In this document: one piece after another, positions 35,921 to 47,717 of the stretch | Layout of the letters: each line of letters opens with the position of its first letter | Numbering within the stretch: position 1 is the stretch's first letter | Assembly: GCA_030324005.1 (NCBI GenBank) | Contig: JARDVH010000001.1 | Location: forward strand, 122,722,458-122,786,457 | Length of the DNA stretch: 64,000 nucleotides | Direction: 5' to 3' | Source: Negaprion brevirostris | Taxonomy: Eukaryota | Translations under genes and position numbers: made by a program | The notes under the pieces: model-generated | The model's input: only the letters and a program-made list of their open reading frames with translations | The model's database searches: none | What the model was told of the DNA's origin: nothing

Positions 35921-36499
35921 TTCTTATCAGCGAGGTATTCCCAGGCAAGGGTAGGAAAAAAAAATTATGTATCTTATTGAAAGGGGAAGAATTGTTGGAA
36001 GAATTATTGCCTAACATGAGGGGCAGCCTGGTTTTAATAGTCATAATTGCAACAAAAGGTCCGAGAGGAAAAGACAGAAAGGCTTTGCAATAAGAGGTAG
36101 CGTGGCACTATAAAGATCAAAGGTAAATTACAAACAAATTTGCAGAACATGGATATAACTTAATTTTTTGGAGCAGAAAGGGTGTTTGTTGAAGGACATT
36201 AGCAATACAAGGGATGATTCCTTTTAATAGGAACACATCAGCTCTTAAGCTGCAACTGGTACTCTAGGTCAGAACTAAACTTATGCAGAGCTGACTTCTT
36301 TATACATATGTAGGTGTTAAATGAAATCTTTTTCTCATGAGGTCAGACTGGTTGCCATTAGCCTGTTCATTATTGGAAACACTTCTTGCTGCTAATTGTA
36401 TCTAAAAGGGATTACGGGTCAATGGATTGATTTAATTGTTATGGCATTGCACTAGGATCAGACAATGATGGGGGAGCTTTTCAGATAATTACATTGATT

Positions 36500-36775
36500 C
36501 CATAGAATCCCTATGGTGCAGAAGGAGGCCATTCGGCCCATTGAGACTGCACCGACCATAATCCCACGCAGGCCCTATCCCCGTAACCCCACATATTTAC
36601 CCTGAGGGGCAATTTAACATGGCCAAACCACCCAACCTGCGCATCTTTGGAATGTGGGAGGAAACTGGAGCATCCAGAGGCAACCCACGCAAACATGGGG
36701 AGAATGTGCAAACCTCACGCAGCTGGCTCCCTGGCACTGTGAGGCAGCAGTGCTAACCACTGTGCCACCATGCTG
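36500..36775 (-). mobile_element. HE1 SINE (CR1-type tail)
   Basis: 'catagaatccctatggtgcagaaggaggccattcggccc' ... 'gtgaggcagcagtgctaaccactgtgccacc'. Confidence 0.9.
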
Positions 36776-36987
36776 TCCTGATACAGAAATTTAGTAAAAA
36801 AAAGCTATAGTTTCTTAATAATTCCTTTCCAAACATAACTGAAGAGGTACTTTCCAGCAACTCTTTCTCTATCCAATACAATAACAGTGATGTATCAGGA
36901 TGATGTGACAATATTTAGAAGTGGACAATACATGAAGAAGTGTAAGGACTGTCACAAGCAAGACCAGATTAACCTAACCAGACAATA

Positions 36988-37123
36988 GGGCTAAATTCTT
37001 CCATCTCACCCACTGCGGGAATTGTAACAGGCAAGACAGAAAAACCGACAGACTATTTAAAGGTCTGTTGAGCTTGGGAAGGAGTGTTTGGTCTTGGGCA
37101 CATGCAGCTGGAGAATCCTGCCT
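36988..37123. mobile_element. Short MITE-like element with GGGC.AATTCT-type termini
   Basis: Termini 'gggctaaattct' / 'ggagaatcctgcct', similar to the insert at 37510-37638. Confidence 0.35.
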
Positions 37124-37410
37124 TACATTTCAATTCTGCAAGAAGCAACTAGTTGCTAAAAGATTTTTGTAAGGGGATTAAAGAAATTGGTTTTAGGGTT
37201 CAGCATATCAGATGATCAATAATCAATGGAAATTTAGCAGTGTCAATAGGCAGGAAAAGGTCCAAACTCATTTCCCAGTCAATGTTCTTTTTTGTGCATC
37301 TCCCAGTCAGCAAGGTTTAATTGCAGCTGGTGTAGACTCAAACAAAGACAAGGGGCCAGAGGCAGTTCTACAGAGGTCTAGTGATGTGCAGCTGGGCCAT
37401 GCTGTGCTGT

Positions 37411-37840
37411 GTGACACAGTGGCACAATGGTTAGTACTGCTGCCTCACAGCACCAGCGGACCCAGGTTCAATTCCCGGCTTGTCTGTGTGGAGTCTGCAC
37501 ATTCTCCCCAGGCAGAATTCTTTGGCCTTTATGGTCTAAAACCCAGAAATTTCTGCCCGACTGTTGATGGCGTTTCACATTCTCTGCAACCCTCCTGCTA
37601 AAATTCCAATGGCGGGCAGGATGAGAGAATTCTGACCCCCGGGTCTGTGTGGGTTTCCTCCAGTGCTCTGGTTTCCTCCCACAGTCCGAAAGACATGCTA
37701 GTTAGTTGCATTGGCAGTGCTAAATTTTCCCTCAGTGTACCCAAACGGGTGTCTGAGTGTGGTGGCTATGGGACTTTTCACAATAACTTCATTGCAGTGT
37801 TAATGTAAGCTTACTTGTGAAAAAAATAAATAAACTTTAG
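37411..37840 (+). mobile_element. HE1-type SINE with alternative ('B') tail, interrupted by a ~130-bp MITE at 37510-37638
   Basis: HE1 head and V-domain; tail 'aacttcattgcagtgttaatgtaagcttacttgtga...ataaataaacttt'; insert bounded by 'ggcagaattct'...'agaattctgacc'. Confidence 0.8.
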
Positions 37841-38640
37841 TGTCCCCAGCGTGTGCCAGAATCCTGTGAAGGGGAACTATCCCAATGTCATACAGCCTAA
37901 CAGTCTGGTACAACATCAGGGCATCATATATGGAGCACCCATGTGGAGGTATTCATTGCAGATGGGCACAGGAGTAGGCCATTTGGCCTGTTGAGTTTGT
38001 TCTGCCACCATCCAATGAGATTGTGGCTGCCAGCTATGTGACCCAACTCTAAACACCTGCCTGGTCCTGTAGGCCTTAATAATACACGTGAGTAACCATT
38101 GTTAAAAGTTGTTCTAATTAGCATCCTTTTATTGTCTATGGGCTAGAAATTTGTCTGCCTGCTGTTCATTTTAGGTAGGTATCCGAAGCTTCGAAACACT
38201 GCACTTAATTCTTCTTGCGTAATCAATAAAGTTATTGTTCTTGAATAATGGAAGCCCAAACAGACCAGATCAGACATCAGCTGACTGACCAGTGGCCAAA
38301 GTACTTGTAACGGATTTGCTGAAAGCTGCTTGAAGCTAAAGCTTAGCTCCTGTGTATTGGTCTTTTCTTCTGGATCTGACTCTCACCCGAGGGCTTCCTC
38401 TAAGATCCTTGTCCACAGCAGACTTTCACTGCCTGCTGGGGCAGTCCAAACCTCCTGGATTAAAGGACAATAAAAACTGGACCCTGTAAATCCTGTGGAG
38501 GAGAACAAACGGAATGCAAAGAACATCTGCTAATGGATCCCATGCAGATTCTCTGGACATCCCAAATTTGCTGGCATTATGGGTTTTAAAATGACAATTA
38601 TCTGCATTATTTGTCGAAGTTTTATACTATAAAGAATAAT

Positions 38641-38915
38641 TAAAGTTTATTTATTAGTGCCACAAGTAGGCTTACGTTAATACTGCAATGAAGTTACTGT
38701 GAAAATCATTAATCACCATATTCCGGCACTGGTTTGGGTACACCGAGGGAGAATTTAACATGGCAAATGCACTTAACCAGCTTGTCTTTTAGACTATGGG
38801 AGGAAACCTGCACAGACACAGGGAGAGTGTGCAAACTCTGCACAGATAGCAACCCAAGCCAGGAATTGAACTTGGGTCCCTGGCACTGAGAGGTAGCAAG
38901 GCTTACCACTGTACC
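38641..38915 (-). mobile_element. HE1-type SINE with 'B' tail
   Basis: 'aaagtttatttattagtgccacaagtaggcttacgttaatactgcaatgaagttactgtg' followed by the reverse-complement V-domain and head. Confidence 0.85.
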
Positions 38916-39649
38916 ACATCAAAAGCTTTGCTAAAACAGCTATAGGTCGGTGGAAAGTTGTAAGCATAATGAATGATGACTCCTGTTTATTTGCTGCTGA
39001 TGGCAAATCCTGGACCAGTAGGTTGTTTTGTTGCACCAGACTGAGGAGCTTCTTTTGCAAAATTATTTCCATCTATTGTATATGAACACAGAGGCATCAG
39101 ATTTAACCTTGGTAGCAGCAACAATGGATATTCCTGAAATTTGGAATTAATTTACATTCTTTCACTTAATTTGTGTGCATGTATGTATATTTAAAAATGG
39201 CTGTGGTTGTTGCATGTAGTGGATGTTATTGAAGTTTAAACCCAGCCATAGTTGCTACAAATAAAAACAACTTGTAAAACAGCATTTGCCCCTATGTAAA
39301 AACAATTATGACAAGTAACTGATACTAACAAAGTTGTCATTGTCAAATAGGTATCTCTTGCATATACAATTTTTTGTTAATTCCTTGGTAGAAGTTATAA
39401 CTTCTGAGTTGAAGAGAAAAGGTACTAGTTGTGTATGCATAGCTGTCATTGTTGGACCATTTCTCATCTGCATAGGAAGCTGAGGTGTCCTGTCAGCTGC
39501 ACTATTGACTAAGTAACTATTTCTGAATGTAGCAGGAGCTATTTTCAGTGTGATTGGGGGTAGAGAGATTTGGATGTACAGTTTGTGTATTTTGTTAAAT
39601 TTCCCCACATCAGGTGTACCAAACACCATTGAAGTATATAGTTGCATTC

Positions 39650-39740
39650 ACTCACCTGATGAAGGAGCAGCGCTACAAAAACTTGATTCCAAATAAATCT
39701 GTTGGACTTTAACCTGGTGTTGTGAGACTTCTTACTATAT
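39650..39740 (+). mobile_element. Penelope pseudo-LTR fragment with hammerhead-like core
   Basis: 'cacctgatgaaggagcagcgctacaaaaac...ctgttggactttaacctggtgttgtgagact'. Confidence 0.7.
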
Positions 39741-39959
39741 AGTAGCAATTAAATTTACCTTTAAATTTACATTTCTCTGTGGGTCTCCTTCCAATTCTGT
39801 AGGTGGCAATATTTTGAAATTAAAGGTTGTAACTTGCTTCCCTCTGGGGGTGAAATGGGAAGGAATAATTCTGCCTCAGAATATTCCCCAACCCCTTAGC
39901 ATGACTGAAGGGTCCAGAAACTTTTGCCTCAGTATAGGTGTGTCTTGAACCTTTTCATT

Positions 39960-41140
39960 CGTAACATCAGTTGGGATGGTAACAAATGGACAGTTAGATT
40001 CCAGATCAGCTTGTCAAATCCTAACTTTATTTTTTGTGGATGAATGGATTCATAGGATTGCTCATGAACTTTTACAAAAGAATAAAATATATTTATTAAA
40101 CAAAAAACTATAATTCACCACTCCATTACCTAGTTATTCCTTCAGATGTATACAGATTTGTAAGGATAACACAAGTTGCAAAATATATCTTGCTGTCAGT
40201 AAGTACACTTTCCATGTAAACCAATAACTGAAATGTAGTCAGACACACCACGTGGTCTGAAACCAAGCGACAGGTACCACCCAATATAATTTCTTATCAA
40301 ATGCCTCCCAGATGCTTGTGACATTGAGCTACTAGACTCACTGAAACTATGATTTCCATATAAGGGTTTCCAAACTACACATTCAGAACACGTATGGAAT
40401 CTTCCCTAAATAATGCTTTTTTTTCAGATGCTTTCACGAAGGACCCCATCTCCAGGTTTTCAACCTCTTGTTTTGTTATTCCTCTGCCTTAGGTTGCCAC
40501 TTGCATTCAAGCTTCCATGCAGGTACCCAGTCATGCTAATAGAACACTATTGCTTCACAGGCTGTATTAAGGTGTCACCAACCTTGGAATTACTTCAGAT
40601 GCTTGGCTTCTCAGCTAATGCCACTAGTTCTGCACTTTGCAGCTCTCTCTCTAACTGATATCACTCTCTTTAACCTCAGTGAACAGCATTTTAATTCGAT
40701 TCAGCTTCCTTGTCCCTTTGACTGCAGTCTTCCTCTTTTCAGCATTCCCCGATTTCTGATTGTTCTTTAGCTTCTGGAACTTGCTTTCTGCCCAATTCTC
40801 TCTTGTCCTGCCTTTACCACCATTTTCTCTGTTACCTGATTCCAGCTGAATTCAAATGCTTCTATTTCAGTGTGGGCCTTTGGTCGTCAAGCATCAGCTT
40901 CATTTCCTTTACCCATGTAATTGTTTACAAATTGTAAAACCTCAGTTACAATGCATGTAAAGTTTTAAATGAATCTAAAACCTCGAGTCATGCAGGCAGC
41001 TTTGTTTAACATGAAGCTAAAGTTTTAACCTTCAACACACAATTACAAAAACACTTAAGATTAAACTCAAAACTTGTACCTTAGTTTTAATGCATGTAAC
41101 ACAAATATAAATTATTTAAACCATCTCGATTTCATAACAC
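39960..41140 (-). mobile_element. Probable solo LTR
   Basis: ~1.2 kb bounded by '(c)gtaaca' and 'ataaca', with a reverse-strand polyA-signal-like 'tttatt' near the left end and no ORF. Confidence 0.35.
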
Positions 41141-41509
41141 ACTGAAATAGACCTGTCTACTAATAGCATTTTTTTGCTGGAAGACAATGGTATTGAGTTC
41201 CCCAACATCAACTAGGAATCAATTAATTATATCTTCCAATGCCTTTGTGCGCTGTGGCTTAACTCTTACAGGTTTCTTCTCATATCTGTCTTTTTTGAGA
41301 TTTTGTTACTGTTGATGACAGCATTAAATAATGATCAGTCATTCTTCATGATGCACAAAACCCGTTTGATTTCTAGATTAAATTACACATTGCACAATTA
41401 ATCTGTTACAAACTTGCAAAAACAGAAACATGATCACTCATGGGATAGGCAAATCAAAAATGTCAACAGAGATGCTATATTCTCTTTGGATCCAATTTTA
41501 GTGGCAGGC

Positions 41510-41720
41510 AAGCCGTGCTCCTGCTGCAGCAAAGTTGGATAATCTGGCATCCAGCCTAATCTCTGTTCACTGCAGCAAAAGAATAGATTCACTTGAGGTG
41601 TGCATTGGGCTACTGGCATTGCCATTGAGGGAAGTTCAAGGCATTCTGTTGGGATGGGCTTCACTTAAACCAGGCTGGGAACGATGTCCTAGTCAATGGT
41701 TGAATTGGGCTTAAAACTAA
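41510..41720 (+). mobile_element. CR1 ORF1 esterase C-terminal fragment
   Basis: 'tgggatgggcttcacttaaaccaggctgggaacgatgtccta' encodes WDGLHLNQAGNDVL. Confidence 0.65.
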
Positions 41721-42064
41721 CACATTTATAGAAATATTGAAATACATGGATTCAGACCTGGAGGTAACTAGTTACACAGGTCTTTTGGGCTGAAACAGAA
41801 ACCACACTAGCCAATGACCTCACTTGCGCTCATTTACACATGCTCAATCCACTAAAGACATCAATATATACACCCTAATAGGAAGATGCTTACCATAACA
41901 TGATAACAAAAGTGACTAAATGAACAGGATTAGAGTAAACAAGCAAGTAATCACAGAGCCCAGTTCTTGTAACAAATGATTTTATGCTATAGGATCTATT
42001 TTGACAACATTGTACATCTTTACATAAGAATTTAGCATACTTTCAATTCCTGTCTACGTTGGCC

Positions 42065-43925
42065 ATTATAAACATAGCAAGAGTAGACCGCACAGTCCGT
42101 TAACTCTGCTCTACCACTCAACATGATCATGGTTGATCTTTTACTTCAACTCCATTTTTTTGCCCACCCCCCATATTCTTTAATTCTGAGACCCCAAAAA
42201 TATCACAGTCTCACCCTTAAAGGTATTCAGCAATGGTGCATCCACATCCCTCTGGCATGGAGAGTTCCAAAGATTCAGAACATTTTGAGTGAAGAAATGT
42301 CTCTGTACTAAAAGATCAACCCCTTACCCTGAGACCGTGCCCTAGTGTTTTAGATTTCCCACCAATGGAAACAATCTTTCAGCATCCAGCCCATCAAGCT
42401 CCTTCAGAATTTTGTAGGTTTCAATAAGTTTGGCACTTGTTTTTCTAAACTCCGGAGAATATTAGTCCAATTTGCTCAATCTCTCATTATAGGATAACCC
42501 CCTCAAGCCAAGGATCAATTCAGTGAACCATTGTTGTACTGCCTCCAATGCAAGTATATCCTCCTTAAATGCAAAACCAAAAAGGCACACATTACTCCAT
42601 ATGCAATCTCACCAAAACTCTCCACAACTGTAGCAAGCATTATTTGTTCTTGTATTCCAATCCTGTTGCAAAGGCCNNNNNNNNNNNNNNNNNNNNNNNN
42701 NNNNNNNNNNNNNNNNNNNNNNNNNNNNNNNNNNNNNNNNNNNNNNNNNNNNNNNNNNNNNNNNNNNNNNNNNNNNTGTATTCCAATCCTGTTACAAAGG
42801 CCAACATGCCATTTGCCTTCCTAATTGCTTGCTTCCCCTGCATGCCAGCTTTCTGTGTTCTTCGTACCAGCACACCCCAAGTATCTCTGAACATCAACAC
42901 TTAGAAGTTTCTCATCTTTTAAAAAATATTCTGCTTTTTCTCTTAGTTTGGTGTCAGCATTAAACTATGATACATCACGAGACAGTGTGTAATGTTAGTC
43001 ATTAATGTAGATCATAAATAGCTGAAGCTCCAACAATGATCCTTACTCCATTATTTACTGCCTGCCAACTTGAAAAACCCATTAATGCCCACTATTATCT
43101 ATCCATTAACCAATCCTCTCTTCATGTCAATACATTATTCAAGTCCATGAGCCCTTATTTGGCCTACTAACCTTCTGTGCTGCATCTTTTCAGACGCCTT
43201 CTTGGAAATCCAGTTATACCACATCTACTGATTCTCCTTAATCTAACGTACTCATCAGATCCTCAAAAAAAATCCCAAATAAATTTGGTAAACAGGGCCT
43301 TTCTTTAATCAAACCACATTGTCTTGTCAAGGGCATTGTTGAAACTTCCTTAACAATAGATTCCACCATTTTCCCAACAACAATTGTTAGGCTTCTGTTC
43401 CTTCTTGAAAAGCAGTACAACATTTGCTAACTTCCAGTCTGGTGGGATTGTTCCGGAATACAAGGAATTTTGGAAAATCATAGCTAGCACATCCATACCT
43501 CTGCAGCTATCTCTTTTAGAATACTAGTGTGTCGGCCATCAGGTCTCAGAAATTTGTTGGATTTTAGTCCCTTAGGTTTCTTGAATTTACCTCTGTTGGT
43601 ATTAATTTCATTCATTTCCTCATTCAAATTTAACATGAAAGTGAATAGTACCCTGGTCATTATTTCCCAGTGGATCTTTACCAATGAGATTACTAATTAA
43701 CCCTGCTTTAGTCTAGTCGATTCCACTGCATGTTTTGCCAGGAAACTGTCACAAAAAATTCTACAAACCCACCTTCCAGAACATTATAGCCAATTTGATC
43801 ATCTCAGTCTATATAAGATTAAATCCCCATAATTATTGCATTTCCTTTGGCACAAACTCCAGTAAATTCTTTTTCAATCTCAGCCCAAAGGGGAACTATA
43901 AACTACCCTCACCAGTGTTTTTCAA
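42065..43925 (-). mobile_element. CR1 LINE ORF2 remnant + 3' end
   Basis: QAIRKANGMLAFV.GLEYK; VVGKMVESIVKE; GLKSNKFLRPDGRHTSILKEIAAE. Confidence 0.85.
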
Positions 43926-43963
43926 AGACTAATGGCAGTGCACAGTCGTGTGCNNNNNNNNNN

Positions 43964-44435
43964 TAGAAACCTAAGATAGGAGGAGGCCATTTAGCCCTTC
44001 AAGCCTGCTCCACCATTCATCATAATCATGGCTGATCGTCCAACTCATCACACTAATCCTGCTTTCTCCTTATAACCTTTGATCCCATTCACCCCAAGTG
44101 CTATATCTAGCTGTCTCTTAAGTACATTCAATGTTTTAGCATCAACTACTTCCTGTGGTATTGAATTCCACAGGCTCGCCGCTCTTTGGGTTAAGAAATG
44201 TCTCTTCATCTCCGTCCTAAATGGTCTATCCCGAATCTTCAGATTGCGCTCCCCTGGTTCTGGACTCACCCATCATTGGGAACATCCTCCCTGCACCTAC
44301 CCTATCTAGTCCTGTTAAAATTTTGTAAGTCTCTATGAGATTGCCTTCATTCATGTGAACTCCTGAGAAAACAATCCTAACCATGTCAATCTCTCCTCAT
44401 ATCTTAGTCCTGCCATCCCTGGAATCAGCCTGGTC
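43964..44435 (-). mobile_element. CR1/HER1 LINE 3' end, relatively young
   Basis: LKIRDRPFRTEMKRHFLTQRAASLWNSIPQEVVDAKTLNVLKRQLDIAL..GIKGY, plus 3' tail. Confidence 0.9.
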
Positions 44436-44917
44436 ATGTAAAGAAAGGCTGCAAGTAAAAAGCTAAAAACAGTGAAATGTCTCAGGTGTGGAGGGACACA
44501 CTATGCAAATCATTGAAAATTTACGTTGTCACCATTGCAACAGAAGTGGTAATTAAACTAAGAAATGCAGGGATGCTAAAACCAAATCAAAGGTTGATCA
44601 GAGAAATTCAAATTTTAAAAAGTCTCAATCAGGCACGTGTCCTGAAAAGCTCAGCAAGCAGAGGAGCACAGGGTGTTTAATGTGTGTGAAGGTGCGTGGA
44701 GCCTATCTATATACAGTGCAGGTTGATGGAAAAGCAATCAAAATAGAGGTGGGCATGGAGTTTCTGCATCTGTAATCAGTGAGGAGAGCTACAGGAAGAT
44801 TTGGAGCTCAGTAGGCACTTGTCCTTAATCAGGCAGGGATCCAATTTTGGATCTACATCGTAGAAGAAGCTAGACCATTTCTTGGGATGTTAGAGGTGGA
44901 CATTGCATACAACAGTC

Positions 44918-45270
44918 ATAGTCATTGAGGTTTACAGCACGAAATAGGCTCTTCGGCTCAACTTGTCCATGCTGCCCAGTTTTTACCGTTTAAGATAGCC
45001 CATATTCCTCTCTACCAATCTTAGCCATGTAACTATCTAAACGATTTTAAAAGACAAAATTGTACCCACTCTACTACTCATTTCATACACGCCCAACCGT
45101 CTGTGTGTAAGAATTGCCGCTCTCGCCTTAAACTTATGCCCTGTAGTTTTAGACTCCGCTACCGTTGGGAAAAGGTGTTGACTAATATCTACCTAATCTA
45201 TGCACCTCATTTCATAGACCTCTATAAGACCATCTCGAAGTCTCCTATGCTCCAACGAAAAAAGTCTCAG
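44918..45270 (-). mobile_element. CR1 3' fragment nested in Gypsy
   Basis: 'catagtcattgaggtttacagcacgaaataggctcttcggc' (reverse-complement CR1 tail) followed by RT C-terminal sequence. Confidence 0.75.
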
Positions 45271-46321
45271 TCAAGAAGCAAAAGCATGGCTCCTGGTGGT
45301 AAAAGGAAAAGGGCCTGGTGTACTAGGGAATGACTGGCTCAGTAAAATTCTTTTGAACTGGAGTGAGATTAAGAGGTGACTGAGGGAGTCATTCAGAAAT
45401 ATCCCAAGGTTTTCAAAAGAGGAACTGATTACATTGTGTGCCATTACAGTTAAGTTGTTTGAAGACCCTTGGGCTATTTACTCTTTCAAGCCCAGAATGT
45501 GCCCTATGCCATAAAAGGCAAAGTGGAGGAGGAGTTGGAGCAGCTGCAGAGGCTTGGAATAAATGAGTTCATTCAATTCTCACAGTGGGCAGCTCCAGTT
45601 GTTCTTGAAAGTGATGGTACTGTGTGAATATGCGGGGATTACAAATTTGCCATTAATCAGGCCGCCAAGCTGGATGCTTACCTGTTGCTGTGGTTGGAAA
45701 ATCTGTTTTCAATCCGTGCTGGAGGCTAGATATTTCCAAAACTTGACATGAGTCACGCCTATCAGCAGTTTTTGTTAGAGGGTGACTCGAAACAATGTGT
45801 CGCAGTCAGCACTACAAGGGTTTGTTCAAATACAACAACCTAGTTTTTGGGGTATCTTCCAGTCAGCAATCTTTCACAGGGCAATGGACGATCTGTTGCA
45901 GGTGATTCCTCATATAGCAGTTTACTTGGATGACATTCTGATCACAGGGAAAACTGAGGAGGAGCACGTCCGCAACTGGATCAAATGTTAGAGAGATTTT
46001 TAGAGGCAGAGCTATGCCTGATGTGCAGCCAATGCATCTTCCAGGTACAGAGTGTGGGATATTTGGGTCACAGAATCACAGTGCAGGGTCTATCCCCTGT
46101 GGAAGACACAAAATCAGAGCTATCAGGGAACTCCAAACGCCAGAAGTGTTTTTGAGCTCAGGTCATTTTTGGCTTGGCAAATTAATGCAGGAAGTCCTTT
46201 CAACAGTGTTGGCGCCACTGTATCTCCTCTTCACAAGAAACAGAATGGAAGTGGGAGCTCGTGCAAAAGAAAGCTTTCAAGGACATAAAAGTGCTGCTAC
46301 AGTCAACTGTTACAGCAATGT

Positions 46322-46620
46322 GCTGGCACAGTGGTTAGCACTGCTGCCTCACAGCGCTAGGGATCCACATTTGATTCCTGGCTTGGGTCACTGTCTGTGG
46401 GAGTTCTGCATGTTCTCCCCGTATCTGCGTGGGTTTTCTCTGGGTGCTCTGGCTTCCTCCCACAGTCCGAATGATGTGCTGGTTAGGTGCATTAGCCATG
46501 CTAAAATCCTGTCCCAGTGTACCCGAGCTGGCATCAGAGGGTACCAACTAGGGAATTTGCACAGTGATTCAATTCCAGTGTTAATGTAAGCCTACTTGTG
46601 ACAATAATAAACTTTAAAGT
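46322..46620 (+). mobile_element. HE1-type SINE with 'B' tail nested in Gypsy pol
   Basis: 'ggcacagtggttagcactgctgcctcacagcgctaggg' ... 'gtgttaatgtaagcctacttgtgacaataataaacttt'. Confidence 0.9.
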
Positions 46621-46799
46621 AAAAAAAACTTTGATCTGCTGGTTTACTCTGATCAACACAGAACTCATTCTGTCATGCAATGCCTCACCCTACAGTGTTG
46701 GGGCAGAACACACACTTGATGGAGGATGGTTGAGAAAATTTATTAGTTTTGCATCACCTACACTGACACCAGCTGAGAGGGGATATTCGTAGTTAAACA

Positions 46800-47717
46800 A
46801 GACAAGAAGTATTTCGAAAGGCTGGTCATGGCATGAATCAATTCCAGCCTCCCAGACTACCTGGATCCACTACAGTTTGCTTATTGCCGCAACAGGCCCT
46901 CAGCAGACGCCATTTCTCTGGTCATGCACTCAACCCTGGGATACTTAGGTAACTAGGACACCAATGTTAGACTCCTATTTATTGACTATATCTCAGCTTT
47001 CGACACTATTATCCCCACGAAACTCATCTCCAAACTCTGTGGCCTGGACCGGCACCTCCCTCTGCGACTGGATCCTGAACTTCCTAACTCACAGACCACA
47101 TTCGGTAAGGATAGGCAACAACACCTCCTCCACGATCACCCTCAACAGCAGTGCCCCACAAGGNNNNNNNCCTCTGTCTCCTGTTACCAAGCCAGTTCTC
47201 AATCCATCTAGCCACCTGTCCTTGTATCCCATGAGCCTTAACCTTTTCCACCAACCTACCATGAGGGTCGAATCTCAAACAATGATGAGACAGAGTAAGA
47301 AATGAGATGGAGAATCTGGTCAACAAAACAAAGGGGATTGTCATCTCCAGCCTCCCATCCGTTGACTCTGTCTACACTTTCCACTGCCTCGGCAAAGCAG
47401 TCGGTATAATTAAGGACCCCATGCACCCTGGACATTCTCTTCCACTTTCTTCCTTCGGAGAAAAAGGTACAAAAGGCTGAGGTCACGTACTAACCAACTC
47501 GAGAACAGCTTCTTCCCTCCCGCTGTCAGACTTTTGAAGAGACTTGCCTTGTATTAAGTTGATCTTTCTCTACATCCTAGCTATGACCGTATCAGACATT
47601 CCATACACTGTTGTTTCCTTCTCTATGAATGGCATGTTTTTGTCAGTATGGCACACAAGAAACAATACTTTTCACTATGTTAATACATGTGACAATAAGA
47701 AACCAAGCCAAATCAAA
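46800..47717 (+). mobile_element. Rex1/Babar-type LINE (RT + 3' end, internally deleted) nested in Gypsy RNase H
   Basis: [62 protein letters not shown]; tail 'catgtgacaataagaaaccaagccaaatcaaa'. A short - strand CR1 piece follows the small gap (47171-47265). Confidence 0.8.
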
